Shown in pieces: positions 40,123 to 49,777 of a DNA stretch of 64,000 nucleotides (the stretch's first letter is position 1; each line of letters begins with the position of its first letter). A program made the position numbers and the translations under genes. This DNA is from Syntrophorhabdaceae bacterium. GTDB lineage: Bacteria > Desulfobacterota > Syntrophorhabdia > Syntrophorhabdales > Syntrophorhabdaceae. The notes beneath the pieces are model-generated. The model searched no databases and was not told where the DNA came from. It saw nothing but the letters and a program-made list of their open reading frames with translations. The stretch lies in assembly GCA_963666485.2 (NCBI GenBank), contig CAXXUO010000001.1:1-64000 (forward strand). The letters are read 5' to 3'.

Positions 40123-41722
40123 GCTTCGCGCACCTCGCCGTCAATGCAAATTCCAGGACCGGCCTTCCGCGTAATGTCTTATTTTCTTTGCTGACGACCT
40201 CGATCTGCCTGATAAAGGTCGAGTCTTTCAGCGCGAGGATGAAATTGAAAAGAGCCAGTTCGAGCGCATCTGATTCGCCAAAAACGTAACCCTTGAGGGC
40301 AACCGAATATTCACCGTCCGGGAGCTTCTGGGCCTGCGTCGCCGCGGGCTTCGCAGGCTCGGGCGGCGGCTGCCCCGGTGTCTTTTTTGCATCCGGTGCC
40401 GCCGGATCGGCGGGAAATTCTCCGCCGAACTCAATCGATTTCAGGTAGACATCCTTCGGCGTCCGGGAAGAAAGATACTTTAACAGGGTTACAAAGGTCA
40501 GGTCTTTCTTCTGGATCTCGCTGCGTATGAAGGCAATGTCACCGGGATCGACCGTTTCGACATTTCTCACACCCAACGCCGCCATGCCTTTCTTTACATT
40601 TTCCAGGGTCCTCTGTTCGACGGAAAGCCTCAGGTCGACGTTCTGAACCGACCGCCACATGCCGAGGGAAACGAGGATGAGGATCGCGGCGACAGCGACA
40701 GTCCCGAACATGCTGAATTTCTTTATAAGCCTCGTCTGCTCCCTGCGCTTCGCGCCTTCGGGCAGAAGGTTCGGCAGGACATCCACGTTCATGCAGAGCG
40801 TCTGCGACGGGATATATTTGTCCTCAATGTTGTGAATGGCATCCAGGTGATCGATCTCCTCGACCAGCGTCTCCTGCAGTTTTTCGAAGAACTTCGGTAT
40901 CTTCGCGCCCCTGCCCGTCACATATACCTGGGTCACGGCCTTGTCAGGATAATGCTGGTTGTAGACGCTGAACGTCCTCTGTATCTCGCCGGCAAGGCGC
41001 TCGAAAGGAATTTTCAGGATCTCCGTCAACTCCTCGTCGAAGCCCCTTTCCTTCTTGAACTGCTCGGCCTCATCGAATGAGAGCCCGGGCCCGCTCATGA
41101 GTGCATCCGAGAAGCTCTCCGATGCCGTAAGTATCTCGCGGGCGAACATGAGCCTGCGGCCGCTCGCAATATAAAGACCTGTCCTCTTGCCCCCGATATC
41201 GATCACGGCGACAGACCTTTCGCCTATTTCGCCGAGCGCATAGATATAGGCAAACGCGATATCGGTGATAAGAACGAGTTCCTGGAAACCAACCCGCTCA
41301 AAAGCGGAACGCACGCGATCTATATACCCTTTCTGCGCGCCGACAAAAAGGACCTCGTCCTTCATGACGCCCTTTTCGTCGACCCGTCCGAGCATCAGGT
41401 GCTCATACGCCATGTCGTCGAGGTTGATAGACAATACCTTGGACGCTGTCCAGTTCAGGGCTTCCTTCTGTTCTTTTTTCGGCAGAATGGGAATGGTGAA
41501 TGTTTTCTTGAGTATGTCCGGAGACGATATGCCGACCGCCACTTCGCAGTCCGCGCCTTCCTTCATCCGGATATCTTCTACAATAAGCCTGAGATCTTCG
41601 AAATCTCCCTTGTAGGGATAATCGCCCTGGGATGTGATGATACTATTGCCGGTAGTGCCTTTGCACCGCACATATTTGATGCTGACGGTTCCGATATCAA
41701 TACCAAGGATATCCAAGCTCAC
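40112..41722 (-). CDS. pilM: PilM-PilN fusion assembly protein
   Basis: GIDIG, DIGG, VTGRGA actin-like motifs, followed by NLLP, TM and a PilN-like domain. Confidence 0.85.
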   Translation of the reverse strand: MSLDILGIDIGTVSIKYVRCKGTTGNSIITSQGDYPYKGDFEDLRLIVEDIRMKEGADCEVAVGISSPDILKKTFTIPILPKKEQKEALNWTASKVLSINLDDMAYEHLMLGRVDEKGVMKDEVLFVGAQKGYIDRVRSAFERVGFQELVLITDIAFAYIYALGEIGERSVAVIDIGGKRTGLYIASGRRLMFAREILTASESFSDALMSGPGLSFDEAEQFKKERGFDEELTEILKIPFERLAGEIQRTFSVYNQHYPDKAVTQVYVTGRGAKIPKFFEKLQETLVEEIDHLDAIHNIEDKYIPSQTLCMNVDVLPNLLPEGAKRREQTRLIKKFSMFGTVAVAAILILVSLGMWRSVQNVDLRLSVEQRTLENVKKGMAALGVRNVETVDPGDIAFIRSEIQKKDLTFVTLLKYLSSRTPKDVYLKSIEFGGEFPADPAAPDAKKTPGQPPPEPAKPAATQAQKLPDGEYSVALKGYVFGESDALELALFNFILALKDSTFIRQIEVVSKENKTLRGRPVLEFALTARCAKHEL

Positions 41723-41991
41723 CCCGTACCGCGCGATACAAATGATAACTGTTCAATGGGCCGGTAAGGACAAAACACAAAAATATTTGTCATATCACTC
41801 ACTTACAAATGTATCCCGATGTTACAAATTAATAGTTTGTCATATCTTGCTATAATTCCCATAATTATAAGTACTTTTATATTGTTTTGGAAAAAATAAG
41901 TCAACAGGAAAATAAAGTCTGACAATACGGACATTGCCAGTAATAGAACATCATTTCGCAGAAGATTACGGCACAGCGGCGGGACAGGTTT

Positions 41992-44148
41992 TTACGGTTT
42001 GAAAGTCAGTCTGAATTTCCACACATCCGCTTTCTGGGTGGCCCCGCCCGATGCCGTGGTCCAGCCGAAGAGGAATTTATTGAATGCGGCGTTGTATGCT
42101 GAGTCAAGGGTGATGGTTCTGTCCAATGTTGGGCTGGCAACGGTATAATCGGTTGATACATTCCCGAGAGTTCCATTTGTATATTTGTCACATACAGGCA
42201 TTGCGATTGGCACCCACACAACCGTGCCATCGGTAATTGCCTGACTTACGGACCATGTGGGCTCGGTACTACCGCTTGTTCCGGCCGTCTGAGCCATAAA
42301 GTAATATCCCTTATTCGTTGTAGGTCTCACTTGATCCCCTATTGCATACGTGGTGGATGCGCTCCATAGGGGAGGTATTTGAATTGGGACCCATGTGACC
42401 GTTCCGTCGGTTACCGTTCCGCTTGGGGGCCAGGCCGGTTCGGCAGGGCCGCTTGTTCCGGCCGTAGCGGCGACATAATAATATCCATTGTTCACCGTCG
42501 GCCTTATTTGGTCATTGATCGTGTACGCGGTGGATGCGCTCCATACGGGATCGCAGGGTACGATCCATGATTTTATTCTATACGTTCCTGCTGTGCTATT
42601 GCGCACCACTTCCATCCTGTAGGCATAGGTGGTATTCACCGTAGTAGAGCTCGTTCTGTCCGCCAGCCATTTGGTCGGGTTGGTCGGGCTTGTGTAGTAA
42701 CTGCTGCTTGACGTTGCATTTGTCGGTCCGGTCGGACCGGTACTACTTGTACTGTCTCCCGAATCGGCTCCCGTGCCGGCGGTATGTTTGTTATCATCAT
42801 AGGTACGAGAATTTGTGGCATAATTAACAGACAAAGTCGGTGTACCGTAGAAAGACGCATTCTGCCACCACGCCGTCCCAGGCCAGTTTTCATAGCACAC
42901 AGCCCCGGAGCTAATACAGTTTGTCCAAGTCGGTTCTCCAGCAGCTGTCGTCCAGTTCCCAGAGCGTGATTCCCGGAAGAAGTAGCCGTTAGACGCGGTT
43001 GGAGCAATAACCTCACCTTGAGCATAGCTTGCATTTTTCCACCACGAACACTCCTGCCATTGTACGCCTGATTCCATGACGGTACTGCCTTTTGTCCCAG
43101 GCCAGGATGGTTCAGGTTCAGTTGCGCCCGTGGTCAAGTTATTCATTAATCTATACAGATAAGTAGTTCCCCCTGTTGTTCCATAGACAACCGTGTTGGC
43201 CAGGAACGAAAATGAACTCATCCATCTGGTATAATCATCCTTGCAGTTGATCCTGCTATCATCCCCCCAAAAAACATACGCCATATGCTCGTTGGAGGGG
43301 CCGTCGCATCTGTTATTCGAACCGCAGGCTACGCAGCTTGTGTTGGGATAAATGTCAAATTCAACAGCAAATTTTGGCGGCCTTAAACCATTTCCCAAGC
43401 CATCCAAGAATGACTTGATGTAATTGTCGGTCCCATATAATCGTGAATCCCCTCCATACGCCATGAGTTCTCCCATGCTGGAATCTCCACCAATGGAATT
43501 CGCTGTATTGCTGGTGCCATTCATTATTGCAAAGGTGAAGCCATCCCCCGTGGAGCCCGAGGCGTATTGAAAAACAAAATATGTTCTGAAACCACTCCCA
43601 AAATCACAGCTTCCACTGACACAGTTCCCGGCCGTGCTGCTCCCGCCATACCACACGGCGCCGGAGGCGCCTGATACTCCAAGGCCAAGGTGTACGACCC
43701 CGGTTTCTTCCACGGCGATCGATCTACCGGCCTGCGATTCTATCGGCTTGAAACTGCCCATGGACAAGGGAAAACTTACGTCACCGATCTTTAAATACCG
43801 GCGGAAATTCGAAAGAGTTACTCTTTGCACGGCTCCTTGATAAGTACCGTCAACCGTCAGAACATCCGTGTTATCATTGTAACTCGAGCTGAATGAGCCC
43901 TCTTTAGGTGTTCCGGGAACAAAATCCCTGCTGCCGCTGACGGGATTTCCTTCCGATGCAAAACGTATCGCCCATTCGACGCCTGCCCTGGCTATCATAT
44001 TTGCACGATGACCATTCAGCAGAAGCGTGAAACCCTGCTGCTTTGAAATGACCATCGATACGAAACTGGCGCCAAGAACCGCTATGAGTGTCATGGCTAT
44101 GATCAAGACCATGAACATGCTGCCTTTATTATTATTGAATTGCTTCAT
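41992..44148 (-). CDS. PilX/MshP-like pilin fused to a large adhesin (L-type lectin-like core with repeat inserts)
   Basis: KG|SMFMVLII prepilin N-terminus, GDGFTF, FAVEFD, FGWTTASG, repeated W-x4-Y...TAGTSG.EP.W modules. Confidence 0.8.
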   Translation of the reverse strand: MKQFNNNKGSMFMVLIIAMTLIAVLGASFVSMVISKQQGFTLLLNGHRANMIARAGVEWAIRFASEGNPVSGSRDFVPGTPKEGSFSSSYNDNTDVLTVDGTYQGAVQRVTLSNFRRYLKIGDVSFPLSMGSFKPIESQAGRSIAVEETGVVHLGLGVSGASGAVWYGGSSTAGNCVSGSCDFGSGFRTYFVFQYASGSTGDGFTFAIMNGTSNTANSIGGDSSMGELMAYGGDSRLYGTDNYIKSFLDGLGNGLRPPKFAVEFDIYPNTSCVACGSNNRCDGPSNEHMAYVFWGDDSRINCKDDYTRWMSSFSFLANTVVYGTTGGTTYLYRLMNNLTTGATEPEPSWPGTKGSTVMESGVQWQECSWWKNASYAQGEVIAPTASNGYFFRESRSGNWTTAAGEPTWTNCISSGAVCYENWPGTAWWQNASFYGTPTLSVNYATNSRTYDDNKHTAGTGADSGDSTSSTGPTGPTNATSSSSYYTSPTNPTKWLADRTSSTTVNTTYAYRMEVVRNSTAGTYRIKSWIVPCDPVWSASTAYTINDQIRPTVNNGYYYVAATAGTSGPAEPAWPPSGTVTDGTVTWVPIQIPPLWSASTTYAIGDQVRPTTNKGYYFMAQTAGTSGSTEPTWSVSQAITDGTVVWVPIAMPVCDKYTNGTLGNVSTDYTVASPTLDRTITLDSAYNAAFNKFLFGWTTASGGATQKADVWKFRLTFKP

Positions 44149-44662
44149 AATAGTCGCCGTTAAAAAATCTATTGCTTACGCCAAAATCGCCCGGGTAGTT
44201 ATTCGGGATAACTTTTGTCCTCAACACATAAACAGGAATCGAAGGATCGGACATGCTGTTCATAGTGAGTTCAATTGTAATGGTTCCATCAACCGTCGCG
44301 CTTCTTGATGTATTAAATGCCTGTATATTTGTTCCAATAACCGTACCGTTCCTTTTCAAAATCCTGCCGTCCTGTTCAAAGACCACTGTGCTGGACGGAT
44401 GTGCCCTGGTCAGCGTTAACGTACTTGACGAAGCTCCCGCTCCCGGGCTTGTGACCCCCGTTGCATCGCTCAATTCACGGGTGATCCGCTCCATGATATA
44501 GGTCCCGTCAGCGTAAAGAGGGCTTTGCTGCTTAACAAGTCCAAAAGTTTTAATGGCATTGTCTATAAAAGAAAAAGTAAACAGGCCGAGAATGGACAGC
44601 ACGAGTATTACGGTAACAAGTTCTATAATAGTGAAAGCCCTGTCATCGTCCCGGATCATCAT
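44132..44662 (-). CDS. Minor pilin (PilW/MshO-like)
   Basis: RA|FTIIELV, MERITREL. Confidence 0.88.
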   Translation of the reverse strand: MMIRDDDRAFTIIELVTVILVLSILGLFTFSFIDNAIKTFGLVKQQSPLYADGTYIMERITRELSDATGVTSPGAGASSSTLTLTRAHPSSTVVFEQDGRILKRNGTVIGTNIQAFNTSRSATVDGTITIELTMNSMSDPSIPVYVLRTKVIPNNYPGDFGVSNRFFNGDYYEAIQ

Positions 44663-45084
44663 GGCTGGGCCGGCCTTCTTGTTACGATGGTTGAAATCGT
44701 ATAATCACTCAAGAGACGAGAATACCTGACAGTCACCGTGATCTTTTTATAATAGTTGCTCGTCGGGGATTTCGTGCTCAGATCGAAGGGGTTGATCGAT
44801 TCAATAATGCACCCGGTCGTATACCCGTCGTCGGGGGATGATTCAGCCGTAAAGACAGCGGGAGTGGAACATGACAAGCCTGCCGCGGTAATATTATCGT
44901 ATGAATTGCCCGTAATCTCCGCCATTCTCTTATCGGCATAGAACTTGGCTTTGACGTAATAATCCGGTCTTGAATAATTGCTCATGACGCTTGTAAAAGC
45001 GATCATGGAGGCGGGCAGAAAAATTGCACCGATTATGATGAACATAATAAGTTCGATCAGAGTAAACCCTTTCTTATTCATCAC
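44659..45084 (-). CDS. Minor pilin (PilV/MshD-like)
   Basis: [17 protein letters not shown]. Confidence 0.88.
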   Translation of the reverse strand: MMNKKGFTLIELIMFIIIGAIFLPASMIAFTSVMSNYSRPDYYVKAKFYADKRMAEITGNSYDNITAAGLSCSTPAVFTAESSPDDGYTTGCIIESINPFDLSTKSPTSNYYKKITVTVRYSRLLSDYTISTIVTRRPAQP

Positions 45085-45578
45085 TGGATTTCCGCTCTCC
45101 CTGTCGAAGCATAAATTCTAACCGTTTGACCTCCTGACAGGTTTATTGTCCCGGCCACATCCGGTTCCCCCATCGAATTGTATGTCACCGGGCCGCTAAA
45201 ACTTGTTCCTGTTATTGTTACTGTGCCCGGCAATCTCTTTTGCACCCCTGCCACCCTGTATAACCCATAATCACCTGCATTGATCCTGAATGCTATGTTC
45301 TGGGACTGTCGTAGCCCCATGGCTCTCATTTGGACATACTGGATATCCGCTACAAGTTGACCGGCAGCTATAGAACTATAATCGCTTATCGAGAAAGGGT
45401 TTTTCAGCATGATGGCCCCAACAAGCAAGCCCAATACGACAATAACAACTACAAGTTCTATTGATGTAAAGCCTTTCATCGTACGATAGTTTTTCACAGA
45501 CTGTCGCATAAATGCATGAAACCAAAACCCTGGATTCCGGCCTTCGCCGGAATGACGAGAATGAACACTAGTTCTCAT
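45081..45578 (-). CDS. Minor pilin (FimT/MshC-like), start uncertain (45578, 45509 or 45479)
   Basis: KG|FTSIELV, DIQYVQMRAM, YNSMGEP. Confidence 0.85.
   Translation of the reverse strand: MRTSVHSRHSGEGRNPGFWFHAFMRQSVKNYRTMKGFTSIELVVVIVVLGLLVGAIMLKNPFSISDYSSIAAGQLVADIQYVQMRAMGLRQSQNIAFRINAGDYGLYRVAGVQKRLPGTVTITGTSFSGPVTYNSMGEPDVAGTINLSGGQTVRIYASTGRAEIQ
45530..45557. repeat. GTCAT-type REP within the possible prepilin leader
   Basis: Minus strand CGTCATTCCGGCGAAGGCCGGAATCCAG. Confidence 0.85.
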
Positions 45579-45601
45579 TTATTATATTTTTGCCTCACCT
45601 G

Positions 45602-46282
45602 TCACTTGAACACATTAAACCTGATTATCGTAAACAACGCCTTTATCCCGTCCCGCCACGTTATTTTTTTGCCTTCTTCGTACGTCCTGCCGTAATACGA
45701 GATGGGGACCTCGAATATCCGCCACCCGCCTTTCGCCACCTTTGCCGTTATCTCCGGCTCGACGCCGAAGCGCTTCGACTCGATCGTTATCCCCTTCAAC
45801 GCCTCGCGCCTGAAAACTTTATAGCAGGTCTCCATGTCGGTAAGGTTGAGATTCGTGAACATGTTCGACAGGAGCGTTATCGCGCTGTTGCCGAGGTAGT
45901 GCCAGAAGTAGAGAACCCGGTGGGGCCCGCCAAGAAAGCGCGACCCATAGACAACATCCGCCTTGCCTTCAAGGATCGGCTGAAGGAGGACCGGGTATTC
46001 CCGCGGGTCGTACTCCAGGTCAGCGTCCTGGATGAGGACGATATCGCCGGTTGCCGCAGCCATGCCTGCCTTAAGCGCCGCCCCCTTCCCCTGGTTCTTC
46101 TCCTGGAAAAGCGTCTTTATTCCCGCGCCGTCGAGCTTCTTCAAGTATTCCCGTGTCCCGTCGGTCGAGCAGTCATCGACAATGATGATCTCCTTTTCAT
46201 AGGGCGTCTCCCTGACCTTCCGGAGGATCTCATCGATGAACTCGATCTCGTTATATGCGGGTATAATAACGGATAAAAGCAT
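45602..46282 (-). CDS. Glycosyltransferase family 2 (polyprenol-phosphate glycosyltransferase-like)
   Basis: [38 protein letters not shown]. Confidence 0.95.
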   Translation of the reverse strand: MLLSVIIPAYNEIEFIDEILRKVRETPYEKEIIIVDDCSTDGTREYLKKLDGAGIKTLFQEKNQGKGAALKAGMAAATGDIVLIQDADLEYDPREYPVLLQPILEGKADVVYGSRFLGGPHRVLYFWHYLGNSAITLLSNMFTNLNLTDMETCYKVFRREALKGITIESKRFGVEPEITAKVAKGGWRIFEVPISYYGRTYEEGKKITWRDGIKALFTIIRFNVFK

Positions 46283-46351
46283 AGTCTCCCCTGCCGCCTA
46301 ACTAACCGTAATGTTATATGGATGGGGGTAAAAAGGCAAGAATGAAAAAAC

Positions 46352-46460
46352 GGGCGGTGGGCGATGGGCGATGGGCGATGGGGAAAATACCGCATTTACC
46401 TATTGCCTATGTCCGTTCATTTCCGTTACCTATCGCCTATTGCCCATTGCCTATTGCCTA
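46352..46460. repeat. Third heptamer family, inverted arrays (GGGCGAT)n ... (CCYATYG)n
   Basis: 46352-46386 and 46399-46460, between the divergent GT2 and ExeA-like genes. Confidence 0.85.
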
Positions 46461-46489
46461 TTATTTCCATTTATGCCATAGTCTAAAAA

Positions 46490-47842
46490 ATGGAAATCCC
46501 GTATCTTGAATTTTTCGGCTTGACGGAGAAACCATTCGGGATGTCGCCGGACCCGGCGTTCTATTTCGATTCCGCAGAGCATCGCCAGGCCATCGAATAC
46601 CTGAACTTCTTCATTGCGCAGCAGGAAGGGTTCGCACTTATCTACGGTGACGTCGGGTCGGGCAAGACGATGATGTCGAGGATATTCCTCAATACCCTCG
46701 ATCGCGCGAAATACAACACCGCACTTATCCTGAACCCGGTGTCCGATGATACCGAGTTCATGAAAGAGGTTCTCCATGAATACGGCGTGGCGGATATCCC
46801 GGAGACAAAGAAAGAACTGTACGACCGCGTGAGGTTTTACCTCCTGCAGGAGTTCCAAAAGGGGAAAGTCAATATCCTCATTATCGACGAGGCCCAGCTT
46901 CTGTCGTATGAACTTCTGGAATTCGTCAGACTTCTTTCGAACATCGAGACGGACAAACAGAAGATACTTCACACGGTGTTTTTTGCCCAGCCGGAGTTCC
47001 TTGATAAATTGAAAGACCCTGCGATGCGCCACCTGGCGCAGAGGATCACGGTCACATACTGTATCACGCCCCTGACATACCCGGAGGTCAAGGCGTATAT
47101 AAACTACCGCCTGTTCAAGGCCGGGGCGAAGGGACCGCTCGAATTCCAGGACAGGGCGATGAAGCTGATACACACGGCATCACGCGGGTACCCCCGCCTC
47201 ATCAATTACATCTGTGACCGTTGTCTCCTCGTCCTGTATGCCAATTCTCAGTATACCGTCGACGGCCATGTCGTATCGAAGGTCATTATCGAGGAAAGCA
47301 TACCGCTCGGAACAGCAAAGCATACGGAAGACTCGAAAAGGATAGCGGTGAGGCGCCCCATCCTGATCGGGGCGGTCGCATGCGTGGTCGTTATCCTCGC
47401 GCTCGGCGCATATTATTTTCTATCGAATGGATTCTTTACACCCTCCACGCCAAAACCCGTGACAGCGGTGACAGCACCGGCGGCAAAACCGGAAGCGGCA
47501 CCCGCTGCGGTTCAGCAAGCGGCACCTGCCGCAGGATCAACGACATCTGCGCAACCAGCCGCGCAGCCGACGGCCGCACCTAAAGTCGCCGCACCAAAAC
47601 CCGCCGCACCTGAACCGAAGAAAGAAACACCCCTCAAAAAAGTCGTCGTGAACACGGACATTGCCAACGTCCGGGCCCGCCCGGACATCGAGTCCGACCG
47701 TGTCGGTATCATTCCAAGGAACGAAACGCTGTCAGTCCTCGACGAAAAAAACGGCGCCGATGGGAAGAAATGGTACAAGGTCAAACTCTATGAAAGCAGG
47801 GAGGGGTGGATAGCGGCGGTGGTAGTGAAACCAAAACAGTAA
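46490..47842 (+). CDS. ExeA/MshM-family AAA ATPase with TM and C-terminal SH3 domain
   Basis: GDVGSGKT, IIDEAQ, GYPRLIN, ANVRARP...WYKV...GWI. Confidence 0.92.
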   Translation: MEIPYLEFFGLTEKPFGMSPDPAFYFDSAEHRQAIEYLNFFIAQQEGFALIYGDVGSGKTMMSRIFLNTLDRAKYNTALILNPVSDDTEFMKEVLHEYGVADIPETKKELYDRVRFYLLQEFQKGKVNILIIDEAQLLSYELLEFVRLLSNIETDKQKILHTVFFAQPEFLDKLKDPAMRHLAQRITVTYCITPLTYPEVKAYINYRLFKAGAKGPLEFQDRAMKLIHTASRGYPRLINYICDRCLLVLYANSQYTVDGHVVSKVIIEESIPLGTAKHTEDSKRIAVRRPILIGAVACVVVILALGAYYFLSNGFFTPSTPKPVTAVTAPAAKPEAAPAAVQQAAPAAGSTTSAQPAAQPTAAPKVAAPKPAAPEPKKETPLKKVVVNTDIANVRARPDIESDRVGIIPRNETLSVLDEKNGADGKKWYKVKLYESREGWIAAVVVKPKQ

Positions 47843-47861
47843 GTGACAAGTTTTTTTCCGT

Positions 47862-48194
47862 TTATGTATCTGAAGATGGATCCGTCAGTTTAAGTCGAAT
47901 TAATTTCCGGGCGAGCTTGTAAATATCATTTTTATCTCCGTCCTTTCTCAAACCGATAGCAACGATCACAACAACAACCTTTTTATCCTCAATTTTGAAA
48001 ATAACCCGAAAACGCTGATTCGCTGCGCGCACGCTGTGGTATCCGCCCAAACCGCCGAGCAGTGGCTTGCCCTGTTTTTCGGGGTTATCCTGGAGTCGGT
48101 CAATTCTCTCTACAATTTGTCGGGTTATGCGCCGATCCTTTATTCCTTTCAGCATCTTAAGGGCCGTAGGAGTGATCTCGATCTTGTACTTCAA
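47862..48194 (-). CDS. RelE/ParE-family toxin
   Basis: YKIEITPTA, GKPLLG, RFRVIF, VVAIGLR. Overlaps the antitoxin stop. Confidence 0.9.
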   Translation of the reverse strand: MKYKIEITPTALKMLKGIKDRRITRQIVERIDRLQDNPEKQGKPLLGGLGGYHSVRAANQRFRVIFKIEDKKVVVVIVAIGLRKDGDKNDIYKLARKLIRLKLTDPSSDT

Positions 48195-48469
48195 TCTTCA
48201 AGCCCTTTTTTAGCGATCTCCCAGGGGATAGTTTTTCCTTCCTTGATATCCTTTATGCTTTGCTGTAAAGATCTCATCAGAACTTCGTCGCCCATGACTT
48301 CCAATGTCTCTGAGATAGCCTCGAAAAAATCCCATGACATTATGGCGAGCACAGGCTTTCCCCGACGGGTAACCGCTATCGCATTATCCCCCACGCGGCC
48401 TTCCAGTTCTTCAGGAAGTGTTGTCAATTTTCTCCTCGCCTCCATTATAGGTAACGTCTGCATGCTCAC
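48191..48469 (-). CDS. Phd/YefM-family antitoxin
   Basis: IMEARRKL, VTRRGKPVLAIMS, ETLE. Acidic C-terminus. Confidence 0.9.
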   Translation of the reverse strand: MSMQTLPIMEARRKLTTLPEELEGRVGDNAIAVTRRGKPVLAIMSWDFFEAISETLEVMGDEVLMRSLQQSIKDIKEGKTIPWEIAKKGLED

Positions 48470-48472
48470 CTC

Positions 48473-48510
48473 TAAAAGTACTTTATAACGTACATATTAG
48501 AGTACTTTTA
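48473..48510. promoter_or_regulatory. Toxin-antitoxin autoregulatory operator
   Basis: TAAAAGTACT/AGTACTTTTA inverted repeat with three GTAC cores 12 bp apart (48478, 48490, 48502). Confidence 0.75.
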
Positions 48511-48580
48511 AACCTTTGTCAACACTAACGTTGCGATGACGACCCTTCGCCTGAAACTTGAAACCGCAGTTTTATGCCGT

Positions 48581-49777
48581 TCACGTTATCGAGAGAAAGA
48601 AAGACCTCAGATTTTCCTTTTTGTTGTTAATCCCTAGTTTTTTCCGTATGTTGTACCTATGATTATCTATGGCAACCTTCGATGTATGGAGCAGACTGGC
48701 AATGTCCTTCGTTGTGCGGCCGTCTTTGATCAGGTTCGCCACCTGAATTTCCATGGGGGTCAGGTTGAATTGTCTCATGTCATGGATTAACGGCGACGCG
48801 AGCTTATTAAGATTTGATTCTATCAGGTCCACGTATGCTATCTGCACATCATTGAGCCGCATCTTTTTTAAATTCTCTACGTGAGGCAGGACGAAAGTCC
48901 TTATGTTGGAGAACATGGTCTCCTCGAGGTTCTTACTCGATTCCTTCATCTTGTCTATGAGGATATTCAGGGTCGTATTGATCTCTTCAAGCCTTACGGT
49001 CTTCGCTTCCAGCTTGCCCTGCGTCGTTTTCAATTCTGTAATGTCCCGCGCCACGCATAATGCGAGGTCCTGCGTTATGGGTGATATCGCCGCCGTAAAC
49101 CAGTTCTCTCCGTCGTCATTCACAACGCTGTATTCAAAATTGATGGTCTTGTGCGACTTCAGGGACTTCTGGACATTCTTGACAAAAAGTGCGGCGATGG
49201 CCGGGTCGTAGGCTTCATTCAGGGTTTCGCCCTCGAAGTTGTCACCTTCGATATAAACCCGGCCTGGCTTTTGCGCATCTATTCTCGAGAACTTCCCGGT
49301 CTTGTGAATGACCAATATTATATCGTTCATTGCCTGGACGAGCGCCCTGAGTTGCGTTTCCGCGCTTTCCCTCAGGAGCCTTTCCTGTTCCCTGATCGTG
49401 AGCTGCGCTTTGATCCTCGCCTCAACCTCGAGCGATTCGAAGGGCTTCGTGATATAGTCAACGCCTCCGACACCGAAGGCCTTGATCTTTTCCGAGGTCT
49501 CTGTAAAAGCCGTAAGGAATATGACGGGGATGTCCCTTAAAGCCGGGTCGGCCTTGATCTGCCTGCATACCTCGTAGCCGTCCATTTCCGGCATGTTGAT
49601 GTCGAGCAGAACGAGATCGGGGGGATCAGCCCTCGCCACCCCCAAGGCGATCTCCCCTGAGGGAACAGGACGGACAACATACCCTTTGGCGTTGAGCATG
49701 CCAGTAAGGAGCTCAAGGTTTTCCTGTGTATCATCCACGACAAGAATGCTCTGTTCATGGTTCTTATTTTCGGTCAT
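48581..49777 (-). CDS. REC-PAS-LuxR response regulator
   Basis: LLDINMPEMDG, PAS (VARDITE), LTPMEIQVA...HRYNIRKKLG. Confidence 0.92.
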   Translation of the reverse strand: MTENKNHEQSILVVDDTQENLELLTGMLNAKGYVVRPVPSGEIALGVARADPPDLVLLDINMPEMDGYEVCRQIKADPALRDIPVIFLTAFTETSEKIKAFGVGGVDYITKPFESLEVEARIKAQLTIREQERLLRESAETQLRALVQAMNDIILVIHKTGKFSRIDAQKPGRVYIEGDNFEGETLNEAYDPAIAALFVKNVQKSLKSHKTINFEYSVVNDDGENWFTAAISPITQDLALCVARDITELKTTQGKLEAKTVRLEEINTTLNILIDKMKESSKNLEETMFSNIRTFVLPHVENLKKMRLNDVQIAYVDLIESNLNKLASPLIHDMRQFNLTPMEIQVANLIKDGRTTKDIASLLHTSKVAIDNHRYNIRKKLGINNKKENLRSFFLSIT

